The translations under genes and the position numbers were made by a program. A stretch of 59,833 nucleotides of DNA from Acutalibacteraceae bacterium (GTDB taxonomy: Bacteria > Bacillota > Clostridia > Oscillospirales > Acutalibacteraceae): positions 1 through 59,833 of the forward strand of contig JAZNUL010000129.1 in assembly GCA_045592285.1 (NCBI GenBank), written 5' to 3'. This document shows, piece after piece, positions 18,502-27,772 of this stretch (position 1 is its first letter; every line of letters begins with the position of its first letter). A model generated the notes under the pieces. It was not told where the DNA came from. It saw nothing but the letters and a program-made list of their open reading frames with translations, and made no database searches.

Positions 18502-19899
18502 GTGGAGCATAAATTAGTTCATTTTGCGGCAGATAAGACTATTTCAAGCATACTTAAATACATTGACAAAGAGCCACAAAAAAATCTTCTTAAAATTCTC
18601 AGTATTGTTGAGAAAACTTTTAAAATGTATCCAGCAGAAAACTATGCTAAAATGCGAAATGCTGTTTTAGATAACAGTAATTCTCATACAATTTTAGCAA
18701 AGAGTATTTTAAAAGATGTTGACCACAGTTTAATAAAAAGTCTACTTCTTTCTTTGGGCGTTCACGCTGGTTTTTACGGTACAAAAACTGTAAGAGCTAA
18801 TCGTGAAAAATATAAATGCAACATTCCGTGGATAATTCTCTTTGACCCGACTTCTGCTTGTAACTTAAAGTGCAAGGGGTGCTGGTCTGCAGAGTATGGT
18901 CACTCATTCCAGCTTTCACTTGATGAAATGAGAAGTATTGTAAGTCAAGGTAAAGAAATGGGTACTCATTTTTATATGCTTACAGGTGGCGAGCCACTTA
19001 TAAGAAAAAATGATATTGTAACTCTTGCTTCAGAAAACAGAGAATGCACATTTTTAATTTACACAAACGCTACTTTAATCGACCAGAAATTCTGTGATGA
19101 TGTTAAAAAGTGTGGTAATATTACACTTGCTTTAAGCATAGAGGGTTCAAAAGAAAGCAACGACTTCCGCCGTGGAGATGGAGCTTATGACACAACTGTC
19201 AAGGCTATGGAGCTTTTAAAGCAGAATAAAATTCTTTTTGGTATTTCTGTTTGTTACACAAGCAAAAACGTTGAAAGTGTTACAAGTGATGCTTTTCTTG
19301 ATGATATGATTGAAAAAGGCGTAAAATATGCACTTTATTTCAACTATATGCCTGTTGGCAGTGATGGTCAGAAAGATTTGATTCCGACACCTATGCAAAG
19401 AAAATATATGTATATGTGGCTTAAAAGAACAAGAAACGGCAAAACTGGTAAACCAATATTTGTTATGGACTTCCAGGATGACGGTGAGTATGTTGGCGGT
19501 TGTATTGCTGGTGGCAGAAACTATTTCCACATAAACTCAAAAGGTGATATTGAGCCTTGTGTTTTCGTTCACTATTCAGATTCAAATATAAGAGAAACAA
19601 CTCTTTTAGAGTCTTTACAAAGGCCACTTTTCCAGGCGTACAGAAAAGGCCAGCCGTTTAACGATAACCATTTAATGCCTTGTCCTATGCTTGAAAATCC
19701 TGATATTTTAAGAAAAATTATAAAAGAAACAGGTGCTAAGAGCACAGACCATCTTATTAATGAAGACGTTGACGAGCTTTGTGACAAGTGTGTAGATTTC
19801 AGCAAAGCTTGGGCACCAGTTGCCGAAGAATTATGGAAAAATAATCCACACCCGAAAATCTTCACCCAATATTACAGAGATTCAGATGAAGCAAAATAA
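18502..19899 (+). CDS. Radical SAM protein with a Cys-containing C-terminal (SPASM/twitch-like) region
   Basis: CNLKCKGCW (CX3CX2C) cluster motif, GGEPL, later GGCIAGG...PCVF...MPCP. GTG 18502 is preceded by AAGGAG at an 8-nt spacing. The track start at 18445 lies inside the predicted promoter. Confidence 0.8.
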   Translation: MEHKLVHFAADKTISSILKYIDKEPQKNLLKILSIVEKTFKMYPAENYAKMRNAVLDNSNSHTILAKSILKDVDHSLIKSLLLSLGVHAGFYGTKTVRANREKYKCNIPWIILFDPTSACNLKCKGCWSAEYGHSFQLSLDEMRSIVSQGKEMGTHFYMLTGGEPLIRKNDIVTLASENRECTFLIYTNATLIDQKFCDDVKKCGNITLALSIEGSKESNDFRRGDGAYDTTVKAMELLKQNKILFGISVCYTSKNVESVTSDAFLDDMIEKGVKYALYFNYMPVGSDGQKDLIPTPMQRKYMYMWLKRTRNGKTGKPIFVMDFQDDGEYVGGCIAGGRNYFHINSKGDIEPCVFVHYSDSNIRETTLLESLQRPLFQAYRKGQPFNDNHLMPCPMLENPDILRKIIKETGAKSTDHLINEDVDELCDKCVDFSKAWAPVAEELWKNNPHPKIFTQYYRDSDEAK

Positions 19900-19904
19900 T
19901 TACA

Positions 19905-19948
19905 CGGGCAGTAGACCGATAAAGGTTAGTCTACTGCCCGATTTATTT
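19905..19948 (+). terminator. Intrinsic terminator after the radical SAM gene
   Basis: Perfect 12-bp stem CGGGCAGTAGAC/GTCTACTGCCCG followed by ATTTATTT. Confidence 0.7.
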
Positions 19949-20014
19949 ATTACTAAACCGAATTTCTAAAAATGAAAATAATTGTTAACTTTCCATAAAA
20001 TTATATATAGTTCA

Positions 20015-20042
20015 TTGACACTATAAACAAAAGTGGTATAAT
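20015..20042 (+). promoter_or_regulatory. Near-consensus sigma-A promoter of the large dockerin protein gene
   Basis: TTGACA (20015-20020), 16-nt spacer, TGgTATAAT extended -10 (20034-20042). Confidence 0.65.
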
Positions 20043-20097
20043 TATAATGGAATTTAATTTATATATAGATATTAAAAAAGGAGCAGGTAACTTTTAA

Positions 20098-23000
20098 ATG
20101 AAGAAGCGAAATAAAATTTTAAGTGTTGTACTTGCGAGCTTTGTGCTGTTCGGTAGTATCCCGTTTTTTATGACAAATGCTGATGCTGCATATTTTACTG
20201 ATGGTACAAAGTGGGAAAGAACAAATTCCGATTATGGTAAAATTAAGGCGACGGTTACAAACACTGATTACAAGTTTATGCAAACAGAGGATAATCAGAA
20301 ATTCACTTTTAATCAGCATCTTTCTTTAGAGAAAGCTGCAGGTGAGGCGTATGCGCATTTTAATAGTCTTACTCTTTATACAGGTGGAACAAATACAGAT
20401 TCTTCTTTAAAGGTAGAAGAATACCCTGAGAAAATCACAACTAACGGCACTAAGGAATTACTCGATAAAATGAGCTTTAGTTACGCTTGGTCTGCAACTA
20501 ATGGTAACGCGAGTGATGTTGGTGTTTCTGGCAAAGATATTCGTTCTCACGATTTAAGAGGTACAGTAGTAGACCTTTCTGGCTGCCCTGACTATCAGTG
20601 GGATTGTGCTTTAAGCTTTAATGTAGTACATCCTGAAAACGAGTCTTATGGTGAAATAAGAACAAATTATTATTGGGATTTTAACTGGACTTATGCTGAC
20701 GTTGGTGTTATGGGTAGCAGAACAACAAGGCAGGTAAGATTCAAAACAGATATTATAATTACAGATGTTCGTGAGCTTATAAATAAAGTTAACGAATTCA
20801 AAACACAAATTAAAGATTATGAAAATGGCAATTCGCAAGGCTTGACAGAAGCAAGATATACAAAGCTTAAAAAGTTTGTGAATGCGGTGTCAACAGATAT
20901 GCTTGATGGTAGCAAGTTCTATACACAAGCGGATGTTGATGCTATGTATGCATACATAACAGAAACTGCAACAGGCTTGGCAGATTATTCTGATTATTAC
21001 CAGATTCGTAGTAAGATTTCTAAAATTACAGAAAAAAGCGGAGACAGCTATATTTATGGTAATGGCTACACCAAAGAGTCACTTGATGTGGTATCAAGCG
21101 AATTATCTAAGATAGACGGTGCGCTTAATAAATCACTTTTATTAGCTCAGCAGGATGTAGTTGACGAAGCGACAGCTAATTTAAAAAGCTTATTAAGTGA
21201 ACTCGTTGCGAAGAGTTTTTATGAACAAGAAATGACAAGCATTTCACAAGGTGGAGATGTTTGGGATTTAGCAAATGATAAACTCGAAAATAGTTGGGAA
21301 AATGCAGAAGTTGATGTACATATTATTGGTACAAAATATACATATATACAGACTTATGATGACCAACAGTTCAATTTGTATCAATGGTTATTTATGCGTT
21401 CACGTTTATCTCCACCAATATGGTCTGAGAACCACCCAGTTCTTAAGTATTTTGTGTTTGATACAACAAATACGTGTAGTGATGGGATTTGTTGCAATTC
21501 GGTTAATGGGCAAGTTAATAATTCAGGGGAATTTGCGGAAAGAATAGCAGAAGCTTCTAAAGTTGATACAATTAATGGAATTGGTTATGCCGATTGGGAA
21601 TATGTCGAACATGATAAAAGATATTACAGAGATAAGGTTGAAGAGATTTCGAATGCTACAGCTCTTTGCAACGATGATGGAACTATTGCCGAAAAAACAA
21701 TAGGAGAAAACAGTTCTTGGGCGAGAAATACATATTTAGCAGATGCTAATATTATTTTTAAAGGTGAAGGTAAAGGCGTATCAAGTGTAGAACAGGATCT
21801 TTCTTACGTGTGGAAATTTGGTGTTGATAACAGGGATAGTTCCTCGAATTTATATCATTTCCATGTGCCGGTAGAAGTTCTCGTTACAGATGCCCGTGAT
21901 TTAGTAAAGCTTTATGATGAGTTAAAGGAATTAGAGGGCGACGAGGAAGAAAGACTAAAATATACCGAAAGCTCTGTAAATGCTTTGACTCCGGTGTTAG
22001 ATGCAGTTCCTGAGGACCTTATTTATGGTGGTAAATATTACACACAAACAGAGGTTGATTCATATTATAATCAACTTTTGGGTGTGAAAAATGACCTTGA
22101 ATTAGTAGCGGATTATACTGAATATCAAAAAGCGTATGAAGAAGCTCTAGCGGTAAATAACGATGATGCAAAATACGAGCCTGCTGCTTTTTCTGCTCAT
22201 TTTGCTACCATTGAGTATATAGATTCAAATCTTGATAAACGTCTTGGTGTGACGCAGCAAAGCGTGGTAGATGAATCAACAAAGCAATTAAAAGATTTGT
22301 TAATTATTTTAGAACAGAATGCTTACTGTGACTACACAAATCTCGACAATTTAATAAGTATTGCAGAAGAAAAATTCCCTAAAGATAATTCTGAGGGCAA
22401 ATTCAGAGAAGATATTTATAATGCAATGATGGAAGCGCTCACAAGTGCAAAAGCAGTAGAACGAGAGATGGTTAAAGGTCCTGATGGTGTAAATCAGAAG
22501 GCGATTGACACTGCTGCAGAAGAGTTGCTTTATGCTATTTATTATGAATACTACGATTCTTTGGCACAAGATATTATAAACACCAATAACCAGAATGGTG
22601 ATGAGAAAATTTATCTTGATGAAGAGTACGAAAAATTCAAAAATGAGTATAAAGATATCATTGATAAATTAGAAACTGATGTTAAAGATGATACTATAAC
22701 TAATCACGATGCATTTGAAGAGGCAACAACAGGGCTTTCTAATGCTCACACATCTCTTGAAGAAGCAAAGTTTGTTGATTTAACTGATGTTAAAAATGCC
22801 ATAGAAGAAGGCAAGAATGTAACAAACGACGGCTATACAAATTCAAGCTGGAATAATCTTCAGGATAAAATAAAAGATGCAGAAGATTTAGTTGCAACAA
22901 ATCCTGTGCAGGGTGAAAATGGCACTGGCACAAGAGAGGTTGAAAAAGCAGAAGAAGCAATTCGTGAAGCAATAGAAAATCTTCAGAAAAAGGCTGACTA

Positions 23001-24312
23001 CACGAGCTTAGAAAAAGCAATGGAGGATGCCGAAGCAATTCTTAATGATACTGAAACAATCTATACAAACAGTTCAAAAAAGGCAGTTACAGACGCATAT
23101 AATGAAGCAGAGAAATTAGATAAAGATTTACCAGATTCAGAGCAGTCAACTATTGATGAGATTGCAGAAAACCTTTCTGCTGCAGTTATTGGTATAAAAG
23201 TTAAAGCAGATTATTCTGCTCTTAATGAAGCAGTAGAAAAAGCGGAAGAAGCACTGGGTGAAGATATAACTTACACAAGTAGCACAAAACAAGCACTTGA
23301 AAATGCTCTCAACAATGCTAAAAATGTAAATGACGATTTATCGGTTGACGATCAGGCTGAAATAGATGGTATTGTTACGTCTTTAACTGAGGCAACAGAA
23401 AATCTTACAGAAGCTGCGGATATAAAAGCTTATGAAGATGTAATGAAGGAAGCTGAAGAAATAATTTCTGAGGGTAATAACGAAGGTCGTTACGACGATG
23501 ATGTCTGGAATGAATTTGTAGATTCAGTAACAGAGGCTAAAGATGCAGTTGGCGATAATTTCGATGATATTCCGAAAACCGAGCAAGAAAATGTTAATAA
23601 TGCTACTGATAAGGTAACGAAAGAATTAATTAATGTAAAAAATAATCGTCATATTATTGTTAAATTCCAGAGCGATTCAGGTGAGTTGGTTAAGTCTTAT
23701 CGCATAAAAGAAGTTGAAGCATCAACATTTGGTGAGCTTTCAGATATACCGGTAATTCCTGAAGATGTAGAATGGAAAAAATATACAGGGTGGCATTATG
23801 CTGATGAGACTATAATGTCTCTTACAGATGAAATTACAACTGATACAACTTTGCATTATTCCGGTGAAGAAATAAAATTTGTTGCCAAGGCAAATAGCGG
23901 CGCGGTTATTGATAACGAAGATGATTTCTTCGAGGGCTTTGTATATGGCACAACAGTAGAAGCACTTCTTAATTCGCTTGAAAATAATAGTGAATTGATT
24001 GTTGTCAAAGACAAAGACGGCAATATTGTAGAAGAATCAGATGTGATTGCAACTGGTATGACACTCGAGCTTATCTCAAAAAGAGATGCTTCGATTAAAA
24101 AAGATACTGTAACAGTTGTTGTAAAGGGTGACGTTAACGGCGATGGTCTTGTTAATGATGATGACTTTAATAAGTCAATAGATATGTGCCTTAAGAATAC
24201 CAGCTATTCCGAAACAGAAAAGGCGTATTTTGATGCCAACGACGTTGACGGCGATGGTGTACTTGATGGTCTTGACCTTTTCTATATAAGCAATATGCGT
24301 TACGGCAATTAA
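20098..24312 (+). CDS. Large secreted dockerin-bearing protein with a duplicated N-terminal supermodule, FIVAR-like helical repeats and a Listeria-Bacteroides-type repeat
   Basis: 1404 aa. Signal peptide ending TNADA/AY. At least seven ADY(S/T)xY...-type helical repeats, e.g. YTNSSWNNLQDKIKDAEDLV. C-terminal type I dockerin GDVNGDGLVNDDDF...DVDGDGVLDGLDLFYI (about 24127-24309). Confidence 0.85.
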   Translation: MKKRNKILSVVLASFVLFGSIPFFMTNADAAYFTDGTKWERTNSDYGKIKATVTNTDYKFMQTEDNQKFTFNQHLSLEKAAGEAYAHFNSLTLYTGGTNTDSSLKVEEYPEKITTNGTKELLDKMSFSYAWSATNGNASDVGVSGKDIRSHDLRGTVVDLSGCPDYQWDCALSFNVVHPENESYGEIRTNYYWDFNWTYADVGVMGSRTTRQVRFKTDIIITDVRELINKVNEFKTQIKDYENGNSQGLTEARYTKLKKFVNAVSTDMLDGSKFYTQADVDAMYAYITETATGLADYSDYYQIRSKISKITEKSGDSYIYGNGYTKESLDVVSSELSKIDGALNKSLLLAQQDVVDEATANLKSLLSELVAKSFYEQEMTSISQGGDVWDLANDKLENSWENAEVDVHIIGTKYTYIQTYDDQQFNLYQWLFMRSRLSPPIWSENHPVLKYFVFDTTNTCSDGICCNSVNGQVNNSGEFAERIAEASKVDTINGIGYADWEYVEHDKRYYRDKVEEISNATALCNDDGTIAEKTIGENSSWARNTYLADANIIFKGEGKGVSSVEQDLSYVWKFGVDNRDSSSNLYHFHVPVEVLVTDARDLVKLYDELKELEGDEEERLKYTESSVNALTPVLDAVPEDLIYGGKYYTQTEVDSYYNQLLGVKNDLELVADYTEYQKAYEEALAVNNDDAKYEPAAFSAHFATIEYIDSNLDKRLGVTQQSVVDESTKQLKDLLIILEQNAYCDYTNLDNLISIAEEKFPKDNSEGKFREDIYNAMMEALTSAKAVEREMVKGPDGVNQKAIDTAAEELLYAIYYEYYDSLAQDIINTNNQNGDEKIYLDEEYEKFKNEYKDIIDKLETDVKDDTITNHDAFEEATTGLSNAHTSLEEAKFVDLTDVKNAIEEGKNVTNDGYTNSSWNNLQDKIKDAEDLVATNPVQGENGTGTREVEKAEEAIREAIENLQKKADYTSLEKAMEDAEAILNDTETIYTNSSKKAVTDAYNEAEKLDKDLPDSEQSTIDEIAENLSAAVIGIKVKADYSALNEAVEKAEEALGEDITYTSSTKQALENALNNAKNVNDDLSVDDQAEIDGIVTSLTEATENLTEAADIKAYEDVMKEAEEIISEGNNEGRYDDDVWNEFVDSVTEAKDAVGDNFDDIPKTEQENVNNATDKVTKELINVKNNRHIIVKFQSDSGELVKSYRIKEVEASTFGELSDIPVIPEDVEWKKYTGWHYADETIMSLTDEITTDTTLHYSGEEIKFVAKANSGAVIDNEDDFFEGFVYGTTVEALLNSLENNSELIVVKDKDGNIVEESDVIATGMTLELISKRDASIKKDTVTVVVKGDVNGDGLVNDDDFNKSIDMCLKNTSYSETEKAYFDANDVDGDGVLDGLDLFYISNMRYGN

Positions 24313-24318
24313 AAATTT

Positions 24319-24365
24319 GAAAGAGACTGTAAAAATAAGTTTTTTACAGCCTCTTTCTTTGTTTA
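24319..24365 (+). terminator. Intrinsic terminator after the large dockerin gene
   Basis: 17-bp stem GAAAGAGACTGTAAAAA/TTTTTACAGCCTCTTTC with one mismatch, followed by a T-rich tail. Confidence 0.7.
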
Positions 24366-24417
24366 TTTCGTCTAAATTTACTGATGTATTTTAGTCAGTG
24401 ATAAAGTTTATTATTTC

Positions 24418-24447
24418 TTTACAAACAAGTAATCGTTATGATATAAT
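24418..24447 (+). promoter_or_regulatory. Candidate malQ promoter
   Basis: TTTACA, 18 nt, TATAAT, with TG at -15/-14. A second TGTATAAT at 24454-24461 is an alternative. Confidence 0.4.
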
Positions 24448-24484
24448 ATATCTTGTATAATTATGTAATGGAGAGTGTTCTTTT

Positions 24485-25924
24485 TTGGAAAGAAAAAGTG
24501 GTGTGTTAATGCACATTTCTTCTCTTTGGGGAGAATATTCAAGTGGTAGCTTCGGTAAAGAAGCATTCGAGTTTGTAGATTTTTTAAAACAGAGTGGTTT
24601 TTCATATTGGCAGGTTTTACCTTTTGTTATTCCTGATGAATGTAATTCGCCTTATAAATCATATTCTACGTTCGGCGGTAATCCATATTTTGTTAATTTA
24701 GATAGCCTTTTTGATGAGGGCCTTTTATCTTCTGAAGATATAGAAAAAGCAAAACAGGGAACACCATATTATTGCGAGTTTGACAGATTAAAGACAGAGC
24801 GACTTCCGCTTCTTATTAAAGCTTCCAAAAATGCGAATGCGGAATTAAAAGCAAAAATCGAAAAATTTATAGAAGATAATACACATATAAAAGAATTCTG
24901 TAAATTTATGGCACTTAAAACTGCTAACAATGAAAAAGAGTGGACAGAGTGGACTATAAAAGAATATAGCGACGAAATTTATTTTGGTTGGTGCTTTATT
25001 CAATATGAATTTTTCACACAATGGGCAAAGGTTAAAAAATATGCCAATGAAAACGGCATAAGCATAATTGGTGATATTCCAATTTATGTTTCATTTGACA
25101 GTGCCGACGTTTACTATAATAAAAAGATGTTTCTGATGGATGAAGAAAACCATCTTACAGACGTAGCAGGTGTGCCACCAGATTATTTTTCTGCTGACGG
25201 TCAGTTGTGGGGCAATCCACTTTATGACTGGGCAGAAATGGAAAAAAATGGCTTTAGCTGGTGGAAAGAACGTCTTTCTTTTGCACTCGAACTTTTCGAT
25301 GGCGTAAGAATTGACCATTTCAGAGGCTTCGAGAGCTTCTGGGCAGTTAAGGGTACAGAAAAAACTGCAAAAAACGGCAAATGGGTTAAAGGTCCTGGAA
25401 TGAAGCTTATTAAAGTGTTTAATGAAGTCAAAGGCGAAAAGCTAATTATAGCAGAAGATTTAGGCGATATTACAGAAGACGTAATAAAGCTTGTGAATGA
25501 CAGTGGCTTCCCAGGAATGCGGGTATTCCAGTTCGGCTTCCTTTCAATGTGGGATACACCTCACAGACCATATAACTACATAAATAATTGTGTTGCTTAT
25601 TCCGGCACACACGACAATAACACTCTTTTAGGTTATCTCTGGGAAACTCCTGAAGATATGAAAAGAAAGGTTATGCAATACTGTTCTTGTATTTATGACC
25701 GTTGGAATGAAGACGGCTGTAAGGCTATAATTAGAACTATTATGGCAAGTAATGCAGGGCTTGCAATATTTCCTATACAGGATTTATTGGGCTATGGCTC
25801 TGACACTCGTCTTAATGTTCCAGGCAGAGCAGAAGGTAACTGGCTTTACAGAGTTACAAAAGAGCAGATTAATAATATAAATAAACAGGAATACAAAGAA
25901 TTAAATGAACTCTTTGGAAGATAA
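24485..25924 (+). CDS. malQ: 4-alpha-glucanotransferase (amylomaltase, GH77)
   Basis: 479 aa with SGVLMHISSLWG, GDIPIYV, GVPPDYFS..GQLWGNPLY, RIDHFRGF and GTHDN motifs. Apparent TTG start; ATG 24509 is the alternative. Confidence 0.9.
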   Translation: MERKSGVLMHISSLWGEYSSGSFGKEAFEFVDFLKQSGFSYWQVLPFVIPDECNSPYKSYSTFGGNPYFVNLDSLFDEGLLSSEDIEKAKQGTPYYCEFDRLKTERLPLLIKASKNANAELKAKIEKFIEDNTHIKEFCKFMALKTANNEKEWTEWTIKEYSDEIYFGWCFIQYEFFTQWAKVKKYANENGISIIGDIPIYVSFDSADVYYNKKMFLMDEENHLTDVAGVPPDYFSADGQLWGNPLYDWAEMEKNGFSWWKERLSFALELFDGVRIDHFRGFESFWAVKGTEKTAKNGKWVKGPGMKLIKVFNEVKGEKLIIAEDLGDITEDVIKLVNDSGFPGMRVFQFGFLSMWDTPHRPYNYINNCVAYSGTHDNNTLLGYLWETPEDMKRKVMQYCSCIYDRWNEDGCKAIIRTIMASNAGLAIFPIQDLLGYGSDTRLNVPGRAEGNWLYRVTKEQINNINKQEYKELNELFGR

Positions 25925-25936
25925 GGATTAGAAACA

Positions 25937-26722
25937 ATGAGCAATTTAAAAGATATTACACTTTTTTTACTTGATATGGATGGCACAGTAAACTTGGGCT
26001 ATGACCCGATAGATGGTGCAAAAGAATTTTTAGAAACATTATTAGAGCAAGGCAAAAACTTTATTTTCTTAACAAATAATTCTTCAAAGAATGCAAATGA
26101 TTATGTCGAGAAAATGAAGAAGTTAGGCTTCCCTTGTGAAAAAGAGAATGTTTTCACTTCAGGTATGGCAGCTGGGATGTTTTTAAGAGATAACAAAAAA
26201 GGCAAAAAAGTTTATGTCTGCGGAACGGAATCTTTAAAAAACGAACTTCTTAAATATGATATTAATATAGTTGAAGAAGATGCTGATTTAGTGCTTTTAG
26301 GCTATGACACAGAATTAGATTACAAAAAAATCAGAAAAGTGTGCGACTTTTTAGATGCTGGTGCTGAATATTATGCAACAAATATTGATATGGTTTGCCC
26401 TATTGAAGATGGCAGATATTTACCAGACTGTGGTAGCTTTGCAGATATGTTCGAAAATGCTGTGAAAAGAAGACCAATATTTTTAGGCAAGCCAGACAGA
26501 ACTATGATAGATATTTTACAAAAGGAAACCAATACTCCTTATGAAAATATAGCAATGGTAGGCGACAGACTTTACACTGACGTTAAAACTGGCGTGAATG
26601 CAGGTGTTACCTCAATTCTTGTAATGTCAGGTGAAACAGATGAAGATATTTTAAAAGCTTCTGACGTTGAGCCAACTTATATATTTGATTCAGTGAAAAA
26701 TATTTTAGAAGAAATAAAATAA
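25937..26722 (+). CDS. HAD-IIA family sugar-phosphate phosphatase (NagD-like)
   Basis: 261 aa with LLDMDGT, LTNNSS and GDRLYTD motifs. Confidence 0.8.
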   Translation: MSNLKDITLFLLDMDGTVNLGYDPIDGAKEFLETLLEQGKNFIFLTNNSSKNANDYVEKMKKLGFPCEKENVFTSGMAAGMFLRDNKKGKKVYVCGTESLKNELLKYDINIVEEDADLVLLGYDTELDYKKIRKVCDFLDAGAEYYATNIDMVCPIEDGRYLPDCGSFADMFENAVKRRPIFLGKPDRTMIDILQKETNTPYENIAMVGDRLYTDVKTGVNAGVTSILVMSGETDEDILKASDVEPTYIFDSVKNILEEIK

Positions 26723-26738
26723 AAGGAGAAACGGAAAA

Positions 26739-27749
26739 ATGAAAAAGAGAATTTTGAGCTTAGTATTAGTTCTTGCAATTACAATTTCTATTTTTTCAAT
26801 AGGTCTTACTACAAATGCTGCAAGTGCTTTGTGGGGTGACGCTAATGGTGACGGTAAGGTTACCACAGGTGATGCACTTATCGTTTTAAGAGTTGCAGCT
26901 GGTATTGAAGATAATCTTTCAGCTGAAGCAAGAAGGCTTTGTGACGTTAATGAAGATGGGTTTATAACTCTTTTTGATGCGAGAAAAATTTTAAGAAGTG
27001 CCGCAGGTCTTATAAATCTTCAACCAACAGGTGCTTTCAGTGGCTTTAATGGTGGCGGTATTTTTGAAACAAAAGAAGAACTCGTTTCATACTTCAATAA
27101 AAACTTAAATAGAATTAAAGAAGAAAAATTTGGCTTTACCAAAACAAGTGATGTTGAAATGAAGAAGTTTGAATTCAAAGAAGCATCATTTTTAGGTGTT
27201 GTAACTGAAAATACTGATGAAATAATACAGGGCATTTTCTCAACTGTTGGTAGTCAGAAGGAAGAGGACCTTTATGTAGTTCAGGGCACTGCATCAACAA
27301 ATAAAATAAATGTTGAGGGTCAGAACTATGTTTCTGCATTAAGTGTTGCAGATGTTTATGGTGCAACTGCAAAGTATGATGCAAACCGTCAGAATGGTGT
27401 TATTACAATTTCAATTGCATTACCAGATGCTGAAAAGAGCGAGGTTTTAGATTCAGCTTACGGCAAGGTGTTTAATTCAGAAAATCTTTTAGGTGCAACT
27501 GAAACAACACTTAACGCAATTCTTTCTGGCGTTGCAGACGGAACTGAAGTAGTTCACTATAAAAATGCAGTTTTAACAGCTGAGTTTGATGTTAATACAG
27601 CTGAAGTTTTAAAATATTCAATCAGTTATGAAACAACTGTTTATATTGCCAGCGCACAAACAAAGAAGCTCTTTACTCTTAAAGAGGTTAATTATCAGAC
27701 AGTAAATACTGTAGATTATATCGATTTTACTCATCCTACTCAAAAATAA
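26739..27749 (+). CDS. Secreted protein with an N-terminal type I dockerin and a C-terminal domain of unknown function
   Basis: 336 aa. Signal peptide, then [19 protein letters not shown]...[19 protein letters not shown] (about 26826-27023). The remaining roughly 230 aa match no family I recognise. Confidence 0.75.
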   Translation: MKKRILSLVLVLAITISIFSIGLTTNAASALWGDANGDGKVTTGDALIVLRVAAGIEDNLSAEARRLCDVNEDGFITLFDARKILRSAAGLINLQPTGAFSGFNGGGIFETKEELVSYFNKNLNRIKEEKFGFTKTSDVEMKKFEFKEASFLGVVTENTDEIIQGIFSTVGSQKEEDLYVVQGTASTNKINVEGQNYVSALSVADVYGATAKYDANRQNGVITISIALPDAEKSEVLDSAYGKVFNSENLLGATETTLNAILSGVADGTEVVHYKNAVLTAEFDVNTAEVLKYSISYETTVYIASAQTKKLFTLKEVNYQTVNTVDYIDFTHPTQK

Positions 27750-27772
27750 TAAAAGTGAAACAGGTGAAAAGT

